Below, piece by piece: positions 49,001-63,511 of a DNA stretch of 64,000 bases; positions within the stretch are counted from its first letter, which is position 1, and every line of letters starts with the position of its first letter. Under the pieces are notes generated by a model. It saw only the letters and a program-made list of their open reading frames with translations. It was not told the origin of the DNA and searched no databases. The position numbers and the translations under genes are program-made. Source of the DNA: Neoconidiobolus thromboides FSU 785 (taxonomy: Eukaryota > Fungi > Entomophthoromycota); contig MU626346.1 in assembly GCA_025603075.1 (NCBI GenBank), positions 1 to 64,000 of the forward strand. Direction: 5' to 3'.

Positions 49001-50915
49001 ATATATTGCAGTAGCTTTTATTGTTGGCGTATTTATCCGTGGTATTGCTTTAATATCCGTAAGTGTATCCAAAAGTAACTCTTTTCATAAAAATATGCTT
49101 TTACCCATTATTTCTGCACCGATGTCTTACTTTGAATTCACTCCGCTTTCACGTATATTGCACTCTTTTGCTAGACATCTACATATAGCAGATGAAGTCA
49201 TGTGGGATAGTTCATTTCAAGCCCTTCAATTTTTCCCGTTAGTTTTAGGGACCTTTTTGATAGCCTGTATCGTAGTTCCCTTTTTATTTATCCCAGGAAT
49301 TTTATTGATAGGTGCGGCCATATTTATTATGTGGTATGGGAAAGGAGTAGAAGATAAATTACAGCTATATGAAGCTTCTTCAAGACCTCCTATGTTTTCA
49401 CATCTTTCAGCAACTTTAGAAGGGCTTCATTCCATCCGTATTTATAAAGTACAGTCAAGGTTTGATGCCTTTAATATGGTTAAAATAGACCAATCTAATA
49501 AGGCCTTACTTGCATTAACTTTAGTGAAATGCTGGACTTCTTTATATATTGATTTATTATCTTCTCTTTTCATTTATTTTGCTGCTTTACTTTTATTAGC
49601 ATTAGAAGATAACTATACACTTACTAAAGGGGATACGGGATTAGCATTGACCAATGCATTACAGCTTTTACTCTTTGGTCATATGACAGCACAATCTATA
49701 TTAGATTTTCATTCTTCAATATGGAGCGTGGATCAATTAGTTCATTATCGTAGTTCAATTATTCCAGAAGGATCAACTAGTCTAGATGATATTAAACCAC
49801 CTGAAAATTGGCCAGAAAATGGAACAATTGAATTTAAGGATGTATCACTGAGGTATCATCGATATGAGATTTCAGTGCTTAAAAATGTATCGTTTGTTAT
49901 TCAAGGAAGAAGTAAAGTTGGCATTGTCGGAAGCACGGGATCTGGAAAAACAACGCTATTGACTAGTTTATTGAGATTAGTTGAAGTAGCAGATGGTGCT
50001 ATTGAAATAGATTCGGTAGATATATCACATCTCGAACTATTCGAACTAAGGTCAAAGATAGCTGTTATACCACAAGAGCCTGTTTTATTTTATGGTACAA
50101 TAAGGTCTAATTTAGATCCTAATAACTTACACACGGATCATAATATATGGCATGCTTTAGAATCGGTTCATTTAGCTGAAAAGGTGCGTTCTATGAAGTT
50201 ACAGTTGGATGCTCCGATTGTTGAAAATGGTACTGTATTTACTTTTGCACAACGTCAATTGTTTTGTGTAGCTCGTGCTATCTTATTGAATTGTAAGATA
50301 CTTATTTTAGACGAAGCTACTTCAGCAGTAGATCTTCATACGGAAGGATTTATCCGGGATGTTATCAATAAAAATTTTGCTAATCATACAGTAATGTTTG
50401 TTGGTCATCGATTGAATTCAATCATTGAAGCCGACAAAGTATTAGTTATGGACAAAGGTAAAGTGGTCGAATACGATGCCCCGGAAAGGCTCTTGAACAA
50501 TCCAAATGGCCATCTTTATTCACTAATTTTACAAAATGGAGAAGTAGCAGTACAGAATTTATTGAATTTAGCTATACAAAAAGCAGGTCAGAGAGATTCT
50601 AGAGTTTCTGAAGTACCAAATATTACCCCATCAGGTATATCAACTCCTGCACGTTCGATAAAACAACCTCAGCTTGCTACAAATAACTCTGGTACTTCGA
50701 CACCTAAATATGATAACTCAGTTAATCCTCAACTAACGGTTATCTCAACTCTTTCTCATCAAACAGTCAATTCTCAACATCTTCCTCCACCAGCTGAAAT
50801 GCCTCGTTCATTAGAAGAGATGTTTTTAAATCCAAATGTAGAGAATCCTAATATTGATTCAGTACTTAGGAAATCGGAAATAGATAGTTTGTCTAATTCT
50901 AATGATCCAAAATAA
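46015..50915 (+). CDS. ABCC/MRP-type full transporter lacking TMD0, with non-canonical signature motifs
   Basis: TMD1 (IKLVKFYAWE), NBD1 (GDVGAGKSS across an intron; ILMDDPLS), a long linker, TMD2, and NBD2 (GSTGSGKT, LDEATSAVD, GHRL). Confidence 0.9.
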
Positions 50916-51128
50916 TTTTTTACTTATTGATTTTACTTAATAATACTTAATACTGACAAAAAAGACTAAAGTTTTTATAAATAATAAATGATTTATTTTT
51001 GTACACATTATTTTATTTATGGTATGATATTGTTTTCAATATTGGTTTTACTTTACTATTTAACTAAATACTCTCTTTTCTTTTCTTTTCTTTATATTTC
51101 ATAATCATACATTAAATACCAGCTAGAC

Positions 51129-52340
51129 TCAATCCAAAACAGCAGGCAAATAAAAGGTAAGTTCACCAAGCTCTTCACCAAGAGGTGAAGTTAATTTAAA
51201 ATAAACTTTAAAAGCCTGGTTTTCAACAATACCTAAAACATCATTAACTCAAACAAAAAATTGAAAAGTTTATCAAATACTTACTACAAATAGCCTTTTT
51301 CATCCCTTCAAAAGTGGTATTAAAAATTTTATTTAATTGTTTCATTTCTAAAGGTACTTGAATTATATTAAAAATATTCAATTCTTGAAATGAAGCATTA
51401 AAGTCAATATCTGGTGCGGGTAAATTTTCTATATTGGAACGATTGATTAAATTGTAAAATAAAAGATTTTATAAAATTACGAAAAGTTGGTATGATATTA
51501 TTAGCAAATGTGACATTGACCTCCGCACTCTCAGTTCTTAATGAAAATCGTACTTCCCCTGCCAAGTTTGCTCCCACCTTTACCTTGTGATTTTGATATT
51601 TCATTCGACTTAATTCATGACGTACTAAGCCTACTTTGGGCAACTGAAATTCAATCTTGAAATATTAATCAATTTAAAAAATCCTTTTCAATAAATTACA
51701 TACCGTTGACTCTGACATCCCTGGTTCTTTGATCAATTCCATTTGAGATTTAGTTAATATTCTAATAGGTAAATCCAAAGTTAAAGCTATTTGACCTTTA
51801 ACATGTTCCTATATTTTTATTAGTAAAAAATAGAAAAATATTACATGTTGTTTTACTCTTTCCCCTTTAGTAATCCTTAAATAGGAATTTTCTCCATGTT
51901 TATATAATCGAAAGATGGTATCTGAACTGGTATTTGATTTGATTGTTCTGGAGAGTAAATTGGATTCAATTTCTATAAAAATGGTGTTGTTATTCTGGCT
52001 GTCAATTCGATAGTTGCCAAAGATTTTGTTCTAGTAAAAGGTATTAAATTGATTTTAAATAATTTAATCAACTTGTTACCGTTGGTAGAATACTAAAAAA
52101 ATCTAGTTACTGATCTATTTGATTAAATATGTTTTTACCTCCTTATATGTATACCAGGCTGTTGAATTGAAGTTAAGTGGATGATTAACTCTTCTTTAAA
52201 GAACATTAATAGTATATTCTTTTCAAATTTTTCAAAGTTGGAAGCAATCTCTAATGAAGTTAATTAACAGTATTTTGTAGATATAATATCGAACTACCAT
52301 GTATTAATGTTCCATTTATTATGTTTCCTTTAAGTCTCAT
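51129..52340 (-). CDS. HUS1: 9-1-1 checkpoint clamp subunit HUS1/Mec3 (highly spliced; mostly missing from the ORF track)
   Basis: MRLKGNI..., LDLPIRILTKSQMELIKEP..IEFQLPK, GANLAGEVRFSLRTESAEVNVTF and LTFYLPAV* are collinear with HUS1 motifs (HDIPIKV..EP; ANLDGEL.L.IET; LQYFIPA). Confidence 0.8.
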
Positions 52341-52664
52341 TTTATAATTAAAAAAATAAAAGATTGATTTTTTTGATCTTTTTATGATTTACTTTTTATA
52401 GGAAATTTTAAATTATGCTTAGATTATATAAAACTACAAATAAGAGCTTAAGTGGTATTTAAAATTACTTGTTATAGGTGATGTTTAATAAATATGAGAA
52501 ATATTTGTTTTTTATAGAAGAATAATATATATAGATCAATGAGCTATTTTTTAAAACTTGATAAAACAAACGATAAAGCTAATAATAATATTAAACAAAT
52601 TTTAATTCTATAATTTTACTCCAAGACTATAATAAACGTATATAAAAAATGGACTGATAAAAAA

Positions 52665-53823
<1,159 letters not shown>

Positions 53824-54009
53824 TTTTATACTCTTATTCTAAAAAAAAATTCTAGTTTCAGAATTTATGGTTTTCAATGTTTTTATCAAAAGTTAATTGG
53901 TTGAACTTGATTCTCGAATACTTTTTAATAAGAAATTCAAATGAAACTAACAAAAATAAGAATAATCATTTTATTTATTTATTATTTTATTACTTCTATA
54001 CTCTCTATC

Positions 54010-55582
54010 TTATAAACAAACATCTAAATTAAAGATCCCAATTCCTGAATCAATAACACTTTTGATTACACCAGCGACTGCTACTTGAATACAATTTTGT
54101 TCAAATTTTAAAATTTCAACATGATTAATTTTACTATATGGAAGAATATCGCATCTCTTGATCACTTCCAACAAACATAAGCTTTTCAAATCCAATTTAA
54201 ACACACATAGTATACCATCATTACCAGCAGACATTAAATAATCGATATTATTATATCGTATTAATTTACTAAAAAAATAAACTATTTAGATTTATAAATT
54301 TTAAACAAAATACTACAACTTACATATAAGAAATGGAATAATTATGCGTATAAGGTAATTGGTAACTTTGCCAATTATTTTCAGGCTTCTTATATTTCAT
54401 CAAATAAAGACTTCCATTTCCAAGTCCAAAAGCGAGGATATCCAAACTAATATGATAACTGGAACATAATACAAATGGTGGGTTAATAAGTTGATTACTA
54501 TGCTCGCTTAAGTTTGTATTTTCTATAAACTTATTAGCTCATGAGAGTTTGAATTGTGAAGTTATTACTCGGTTGTAATTCATAGTAAGGTAATTCATCT
54601 TTTAATTTCCAAAATTTAATAGAATAATCCATACCACCAGAGATAACTATAGAGAAGCTTTTAATTTATCATTAACTAGTTCAAATAATAATTTACTCTC
54701 ATTTTTTGTTGGATGAAATAATACAGTAAAAGCAACCTAAATTAAAATAAATGAGAACAAAATAAAAAGATAAATAAAATTACATTTTTATGTTGATCTT
54801 CAAATCTCGATACTGTATTTTCTGATTCTATATCAATAACTATCACTTTACCATCATCATTAACAGCTGCTAATAATTTTCCCTGAGAATTGATTGCTAT
54901 CTAAATCTTATTAATATTACTAACAATAATCAAACAAAGTATTACTTGATTTATGTCTTCTTCTAAAATAATAATATCTTTTAAAACATCTTTTTTATTT
55001 AAACAATCCAAGATCAATTTTTTGCTATTTAAATCAAACACATAGATCTAAATAGTTAGTTTTTGTATATAATAAAGCTATAGTTTGAAAATTACATGAT
55101 TTAAACTAACAATATATAAATGATTTGAATACTTTTTAGTTGGATTTATAGCGATACAACTGATCTGCAAAAAAATCATTAATATTAAAGACAATTAAAA
55201 TAATGATTTAACGTTAACCTCCTCTGGAAAATTTTTAATAGCAAATATGGTTTTAAAGCTAGATAAATCTATCACTTTCACCGTTTTATCAGCTAATAAA
55301 ATTAATATCACTTATCCATTTATTACTTATAAACTACAATTCTATTACCTCCCCCCAAAATCAATAATGTTTTACCCTCATACTCTTTTTTCAATATATA
55401 ATTAACTTGTGATTTAAAGCCATAATACCTTTGAACTGGCTTTTGAAACAGTAAATTTATTTTAACTACAAATATACTACTAAATATACCTTAATCTCTC
55501 CAATATCTGGTGTTATAATTTTTTGTTCTTTATTTTTATTTTTGTTATTTTTAATTTGGTTATTATTATTAAATAATCTCAT
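54010..55582 (-). CDS. WD40-repeat protein, WDR53-like (many introns)
   Basis: Spliced fragments IAINSQGKLLAAVNDDGKV, ISGGMDYSIKFW, PPFV and SAGNDGILCVF. Exon structure is approximate. Confidence 0.6.
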
Positions 55583-55747
55583 ATTAAACTTAACAAAATT
55601 CAGAGATTTCAAATTTTAACTAAATTATAATTGTTCCAACCAATAAACATTAATCTCGAAGAGACTGTAATTCAAATAATTACAAAGCCACTTTGAATAT
55701 TTTATTAAACTAATTGAACCTTTTCTATAAATTATTTATAAATCGAA

Positions 55748-56426
55748 ATGGTATATTCTATCTATTATCCCTAAACAACTCAAAAAATCTAACCTCTTTT
55801 AAAACCCAATAGATAAGATTTATCTTAGTGCAAAATCGTCAAGGAAAAACGAGGTTGGCTAAATGGTATGTACCTTATGAAGATGAAGAAAAGATTAAAA
55901 TAAAAGGAGAAGTACATCGACTAATTGCACCAAGGGATCAAAAAAACCAATCCAATTTTGTAGAGGTAATTGAATCCTTCTATTAAAATAATTATCACAT
56001 CAGAAGCAACTATCGATTAAAAAGAAAAAAAGAACAGAGAATAAATCAAATATTATTTTTAATTAAATTTATTTAGTATCGTAATTACAAAGTAGTTTAT
56101 CGTCGTTATGCTGGATTGTTTTTTTGTTTTTGTGTGGATTCAAATGATAATGAATTAGCTTATTTAGAAGGTATTCATTTTTTTGTTGAAGTATTGGATT
56201 CTTTCTTTGGTAATGTTTGTGAATTAGATTTAGTATTTAATTTTTATAAAGTAAGTTTAAAAGTCTTGTTTATTATTTATAGCTGTAGTATTGAGTGATT
56301 CCTTTAATGTTAATTTAATTTTAGGTTTATGCTATCTTGGACGAAGTCTTTTTAGCTGGTGAAATTGAAGAAACATCCAAATCTGTTATACTTACTAGAT
56401 TAGATCATTTGGATAAATTGGAATAA
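55748..56426 (+). CDS. APS2: AP-2 complex sigma subunit
   Basis: [54 protein letters not shown] and [11 protein letters not shown]; stop at 56424-56426. Confidence 0.95.
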
Positions 56427-56643
56427 GCCAATTACATTTTTATATCTCTTAAATAACAAAAAGACAATATTAAATAAATATTAACTATCAATAATAATTC
56501 CATTATAAATTATACCCTATTTTTTTAAATTGAGATGTTTCGTATTTTATTCGTAATTAAAATTACTCCAATTGTGCTTAGGAGATAAACAACTCAAAAT
56601 TCATTCCTTAAAAAATTTATTCCACTTTCATTTATAAAATTTA

Positions 56644-57673
56644 ATGTTTTGGACACGTAATATAGAACGATTAACTTATTTCATTGGTGGGGCTAGCATT
56701 GGTATCATATCTTATCAAACCTTATCACGCCGTGATCGAGTGCATAATGACTATAATAATTCTCAAATTAAATCAAATTATGATCAACATTTAATCAAAA
56801 CTAATAATAAATTAGGGGATTTGTTAAAATATGGTTATCCAGGTAATTATAAGAAATACATCTTATCCTTCTATTTTAATTAATGGTTGAATGTAACTCA
56901 ATTTTAAAGGTCCCATTTCCGACCCAATACGTCGCGAAGCTTATATAGGTTCTTATAACCGCCAGTTGCGTAACCCTAATTTTGTAATTGAAGAGTTGAC
57001 AGAGGCGAATTTAATTAATAAAAGCGGTGCTGATAGAGGCAATAGTAAATTCAAAGAAGATGACAATATCCCTAAACTCTTCCGTAGTTTACTCAAAGAC
57101 TACTCCAAGAGTGGTTATGATCGAGGTCACATGGTCCCCGCTGCTGACGTTAAATATAGCCAATCCGCTATGGATGAAACGTTTTATTTAACTAATATGG
57201 CACCTCAAGTAGGTGTTGGTTTTAATCGACATTATTGGGCTTATTTAGAAGAGTTTTGCCGAGGTTTGACAAAACAATTCGATAAGGTTTATGTGATTAC
57301 AGGGCCTTTATATTTACCTAAAAAAGGAGATGGATTCCCTGATAAAGAGAAATGGTATGTTCAATATGAAGTGATTGGTAATCCACCAAATATTGCAGTT
57401 CCTACTCATTTTTTTAAAGTTTTATTGACAGTCCCTAAGGGTGGAGGTGCTCCGTATTTGGGAGCGTTTTTACTACCTAACGCTAAAATACCTGAAGAAG
57501 TACCTTTAGAAAGATTTAGTACTTCAATTGAAAGTATTGAAAAAGCATCAGGGCTTATCTTTTTTGATAAATTAGGACCAAATAAGGAAACTGAGAATTC
57601 TAAACTATGTGATAAAATTACTTGTAAATTAAATAGTAAATTTATTGAGAAAGTTAAGAGTTATCAACAATAG
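56644..57673 (+). CDS. NUC1: Mitochondrial endonuclease G/Nuc1, copy 1
   Basis: N-terminal TM, LLKYGYP/GP, YDRGHMVPAAD, FYLTNMAPQVG and VPTHFFK. Confidence 0.93.
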
Positions 57674-57731
57674 TAGATAGTGAAATAAAACGGAAATAAA
57701 AAATAATAGAACGAATTGTACGCTTTTTTAA

Positions 57732-57848
57732 TTAAATTGACTTGTCTTTAACCCATTTTGTAATAGCTAAAGAACTAATTAGCCTTGACGATTCAATATC
57801 TATCAAATTAATTAAACTGCTTTGATCTTGAGTATTTGACTGTTTCAA
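57732..57848 (-). pseudogene. Duplicated 3' remnant of the L2HGDH-like gene
   Basis: Reads LINLIDIESSRLISSLAITKWVKDKSI*, versus LINLIGIESPGLTSSLAIAEWVKNKLI* in the intact gene ending at 59900. Confidence 0.8.
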
Positions 57849-58762
57849 ACACCCATACTTGTCGAATCTTTTTTTGAGACAGCCAAATAGGCTAAAAAGC
57901 CTATATATTTATAGGTACAGTTCTCCTGCGTTTTCTTACTATCATTAGACATTATAAATTGTAAGGAGTATCGATAACTATTAGGACTCTTTGACATATT
58001 GGTTCTCAAGCTCAATATCTTTTCTATATTAACCAGTTTTTTACACCGATATCCGATTATAAAAAGAATGCTAGCTTAACTTCTTCGTGAGATTTTCCTC
58101 AACCAGCAATTGGCTTAGTTTTACAATTACTTTTGCACATGGTACATTCAACTAGTCGGATCTGATTATGTAAAGCTCTAGCGTTACTGCTTTTAGACTA
58201 TTACATTCTCTAGGTCTAAATTTTACAATAGAATTAATAGTTTCACATTTATACTTTCTTTTTATGTGCTAAACAATGAATTATTATAAACAGATGACCT
58301 TACAAAAAGTACACGTGCTATTGAAATAGTTCCACCAATTTTAGCAAAAGATAAGTTTATTTTAAACAAACGTCTTTAAAAAAAATTTTAAAAATTGCAT
58401 TGACTTCTAATAACTTCAATGTATTTTAAATATATAATCGGATTTGATTGATACTGTTTTTTTTAGTATTGTATTATATTTTGTTAAGGCATTTACTTAT
58501 AGTTATCCATGGGCCAATCTATAAAAGCTAAAAAAATTTGGTATATTAAATATGTGAGAGATCGAAATTCAACTTAAATTACTACTTTAGGTAATTTAAA
58601 AAATTCATAGTCCACTTTGAATTTTATATGAATAATAGTAAAAGAGCCATGTTTCAAATTTTAGCTCTGATAAAAAATTGACTCACTTAGTTCCAGGTAT
58701 AAAATGCTTCAAAACTCCATCTTATTAAAATACCTTCTCGTTTTCACTTACAAACAATTCAT

Positions 58763-59825
58763 ATGTTTTGGACCCGAAATATTGAACGATTAAGTATATT
58801 CATTGGTGGAGCCAGTATTGGTATCTTATCCACTTATTTCATTGTTGGTACAAGTATTGGTATGACATCCTACCAAACCTTAGCACGTCGTGATCTAATT
58901 TATAACGATTATGATAACTCAGATATAAAAACCAATTATGACTCACATTTGATTAAACGTAATGAAAAACAAGAGGATTTATTAAAATATGGTTATCCAG
59001 GTAAGAATCATTATCATATACTATTTACCAGCCTCTAATAACCTACTCTAGGTCCCATTTCCGATTCAATAAGTCGTGATGCTTATATGGGTTCTTATAA
59101 CCGCCAGTTGCGTAACCCTAATTTTGTAATTGAAGTGTTAACTGAAGCCAAACTGAACCAAACAGGGGCTGACCGAGATAAATCGAAATTCAAAGAAGAT
59201 GATAGTATCCCTAAACTCTTCCGTGGTTTACTCAAAGACTACTCCAAGAGTGGTTATGATCGAGGTCACATGGCACCCGCTGGTGATGTGAAATATAGCC
59301 AATCCGCTATGGATGAAACGNNNNNNNNNNNNNNNNNNNNNNNNNNNNNNNNNNNNNNNNNNNNNNNNNNNNNNNNNNNNNNNNNNNNNNNNNNNNNNNN
59401 NNNNNNNNNNNNNNNNNNNNNNNNNNNNNNNNNNNNNNNNNNNNNNNNNNNNNNNNNNNNNNNNNNNNNNNNNNNNNNNNNNNNNNNNNNNNNNNNNNNN
59501 NNNNNNNNNNNNNNNNNNNNNNNNNNNNNNNNNNNNNNNNNNNNNNNNNNNNNNNNNNNNNNNNNNNNNNNNNNNNNNNNNNNNNNNNNNNNNNNNNNNN
59601 NNNNNNNNNNNNNNNNNNNNNNNNNNNNNNNNNNNNNNNNNNNNNNNNNNNNNNNNNNNNNNNNNNNNNNNNNNNNNNNNNNNNNNNNNNNNNNNNNNNN
59701 NNNNNATTGAAAAAGCATCAGGGCTTATCTTTTTTGATAAATTAGGACCAAATAAGGAAACTGAGAATTCTAAACTATGTGATAAAATTACTTGTAAATT
59801 TACTAGTAAGTTTGGTGAAAGTTAA
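58763..59825 (+). CDS. Endonuclease G/Nuc1, tandem copy 2 (interrupted by the assembly gap)
   Basis: Paralogous MFWTRNIERL start, YDRGHMAPAGD, and a 3' segment shared with copy 1. The C-terminus is shortened by a frameshift. Confidence 0.8.
59321..59705. other. Assembly gap (385 N)
   Basis: Run of N. The equivalent interval in copy 1 (57182-57535) is 354 nt. Confidence 1.
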
Positions 59826-59899
59826 GAGTTACTGACAGTAGTGATTAATAAAATATAAATAGAAATAAGAAAATGATAATATTGATGTTTTATTTTTAA

Positions 59900-61166
59900 T
59901 TAGATTAATTTATTTTTAACCCATTCTGCAATAGCTAAAGAACTAGTTAATCCTGGTGATTCGATACCTATTAAATTAATTAAATTCCCACGATTTTGAG
60001 TATTTAATTGTTTCATATAAAAATCTTGAATTTTATTATTGTCATTATCTGTAGATATCGATAATTTTGGTCTAATACCTGAATAATCAGGTAATAACTT
60101 TTCTTCTTTTAAATTTAATACATATTGAGATGCAGCATTAAAAAAAGTATTTCGACGTTCTTCATTAACTTGATAATTGATGTTTCTATTACTCAAATAT
60201 TCCACATCAGGACCAAATTTAGTTTTACCATTCAAATCCAACGTTAAATGAGTCCCTAAACTTGTTAGTTTTTTATCTGGTATTGGATAAATCAATCGAT
60301 TTGCTACTTTTTCACTATATGAAAAGTAATTGCCTTTACAATAAGTATACTCAAACTTTTCTTCTTTTTCATCAACTAATTCATTTAATAAATTGCCTAT
60401 TTTATCCGCTTGTAAACCAGCACAATTAATTACATTATTACATTTAATTAATACTACTTGATTAATTTTAAGATGCAATATCTTGACCAAATAACCATAA
60501 TTATTATTTGTTTTCATTACATCTAAAACTTCAGTATCATTTAAAAAAATTTGTTGTGATGATTTCATATAATTAAACAATAACGAATGAATATACTCAT
60601 GTGAATCAATTATTCCTGTCGTCTCTGATATCAATCCAAGCTTTGCTTTAATATTAGGTTCTTTTTGACTTATCTCAGTTTCCGATATATACTTTAAATT
60701 TATACCCAAGTCTTGACTCTTCTCTTTTAGTTTCTTTAAATAATCTATTTGTTCTGGTTCATTTTGTGCTACTATCCATTTGCCAATTTGATTATAATTT
60801 ACTTTATTTTGTTTACAATATTGGTATAAAAGTTCCTTCCCTCTTAAACACATACGCTCTTTATTACTATCTTTTTCATAATAAATACCTGCATGAATTA
60901 CTTCACTATTTCGACTACTATAATTTTAATTAATATTATACCTTTTAAATTCTATAATTCAAATGATTCTAATTTCATAAAACTTACCTAGTTTCCATCC
61001 CAATAGTTTCATTTTTCTCAATTAATATCATATTATGTTGATCATATCTTTGAGATTGATTTAATATATGTCCAATAGCACAACCTACTACACCACCACC
61101 AACAATAACAGTATCCGTATGAATAAGATCACTCACTTGACTACTAAACCGGCGTAAAAATTTCAT
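59900..61166 (-). CDS. L-2-hydroxyglutarate dehydrogenase-like FAD oxidoreductase
   Basis: VIVGGGVVG, ETSSRNSEVIHAGIYY, KGNYF, LIYPIP, LGTHLTLDL..FGPD, YSGIRPKL and GIESPGLTSSLAIA. Confidence 0.9.
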
Positions 61167-61344
61167 ATTAAAAATGATGAATTTTAAATTTACTAAAAAT
61201 AGGTGCATAAATTTAGACTAAGATTTGACGTTAACCAATTAGTATTCAAGTTGAGATAAGCTTATCAGATGAAGAATATAAATTAAAGTAATAAAATCGA
61301 ATATGTAGAAAAAACTCAGTTACCTTTCAAAATTTTAAAAATAA

Positions 61345-63424
61345 ATGCTCAACATCAAAATCCTTTATGGTTCTCAAACTGGATATGCTTGTGATCTATC
61401 CTTACGCTTATATAACAGCCTTTATCGCCATGGTTTCAATATCATATTTATAGGCTTTATGGACTCTTACCCAATTGAAGATATATTAGAAGATGAAATG
61501 ATCTTATTTGTCTGTAGTACGACGGGAGAAGGCGAAGAACCAGACAACATGAAGCAATTTTGGAAATTTTTATTACGAAGAAATCTACCTGTAGATTTTT
61601 TGGATCATTTGAATTTTGGTGTATTTGGATTAGGGGATTCTTCATACGAAAAATTTAATTTTACAAGTAAAAAATTGTTCAAAAGATTAAAAATGTTAGG
61701 TGGGGAGAGTATTTTGGATAGAGGGGATGGGGATGATCGTCATTATTTGGGGTAAGTAATTAAAAGGGATGAAGAGGAAGTTTGGAAATGAGATTGATTA
61801 TTAAATTGTTTTTTGTTTTAGTGTTGATGGCGCTTATATACCTTGGGAAAAAGAACTGATCAAGAATTTATTAGATATGGAAAATAGAAGTTTCGAGAAA
61901 ATAGAAGAATATTTGTTACCCCCAGCTTCATTTCAGTTAAAATTAATTGAAAAGGAAATAAATCAAACGGATTATGAAGAGGAAGAAGCTTTGGAAGAAA
62001 ATTGGATAAAATTTAATGTTATTAAAAATGAAAGAGTTACTTCGAAAGATCATTTTCAAGATAGTAGACATTTGATATTTGAATCAATAGAAGAAGTGGA
62101 ATTAGAGTAAGTGCTATACTATGATAAAAGAGCCATTATTTATTATTCACTTTATTTAGTTATAATATGGGTGATGTTGCTTTAGTTAAACCAGAGAATA
62201 TTGATAGTGAAGTAGATGAATTTATTAATTTATTGAACATAAATGAATTAAAAGAGAATTATTATTTAATTGAAAATGTTAATAATGGTAAGTAAATCTT
62301 ATATATTATTCAATTAAATTATTAATATTAATATTAACTGTAAAGTTCGACAATTACCAACAAGTTTAAATAATAAACCAATAAAACTAAGAGATTTAAT
62401 CAAGAAATATGTTGATATCCACAGTATCCCTAAACGTACTTTTTTTGAATATTTATTACATTTCAGTAATGACTCACTTGAAATGGAGAAAATTCAAGAA
62501 TTCTTAAAAGATAGTGAAGAATTATTAGATTATGCTCAAAAGCCAAGAAGAACAATCGTTGAATGTTTAAATGATTTTCAGTCTTATAAAATAAATATAA
62601 ATTATTTACTAGATATGTTTCCATTGATCCAAACTCGTTCTTTTTCAATCTCAAGTTATAATAAGAAAAGGGTAGAATTATTAGTGGGAATAGTGGAATA
62701 TAAAAGTCAAATGAAGAAGTTGAGGACTGGTTTGATGGGGATGTTTATTAAAAAAGAATTGAAAGGTATTTTAGTAACATTCTTAAATAAAAATAGTAAA
62801 TAATAGTTTAATTTAATTTAATAGAGAATAACAGTATAGCTATTAAACTCAAAAAAGGCAGTATGAAATTCCCAGCAGATCTTACAATCCCAGTAATCAT
62901 GATAGGTCCTGGTTTAGGAGTAGCCCCTTTTCGTAGTGTAATTGAATATCGCATTGAAAATCAATATTATAATAATTATTTGTTATTTGGCTGTCGATAT
63001 TTTAATAAAGATAATTATTTTTATGAGGAATTCCAAAGATATGAAAAAGAAAATAAACTATGGTTTAAAACAGCTTATTCAAGGGATACAGTAAATGATC
63101 TATTATTCTATTGATTTATTGTTAATAATAATTTTTTAGGATCAAAAAGTTTATGTTCAAGATTTGATTATAAAATATAAGGAGATATTGATCGATTTGA
63201 TATTCAATCAAAATGCTTATGTTTTTACTTGTGGGTAAGTTATATATTTATAGAGTTAGTCTTTTATTTTATTAATATCGGTGTTTAATAGGAGTTCTAA
63301 AAATATGCCTAAAGGGGTAGAAAGGGCATTTAAAGAAATATTAGGTGAAGTAGTGGATAACTCAGAGGAATATTTAATTGAAATGAAGAAAAAATGGCGA
63401 TATCAAGTGGAATGCTGGGATTAA
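61345..63424 (+). CDS. TAH18: NADPH-dependent diflavin oxidoreductase 1
   Basis: ILYGSQTG, CSTTGEGEEPDNM, FGLGDSSYEKFN, RSFSISS, MIGPGLGVAPFRS, LFGCR and a C-terminal VECWD*. Confidence 0.92.
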
Positions 63425-63511
63425 AAAATAAACTCAAAAAAGAATTTTGTGAAAAATCGACTAATTTTAATTTTTTTCCTTTTTTCAGTATTAATTTTTT
63501 TTAAAACAAAA

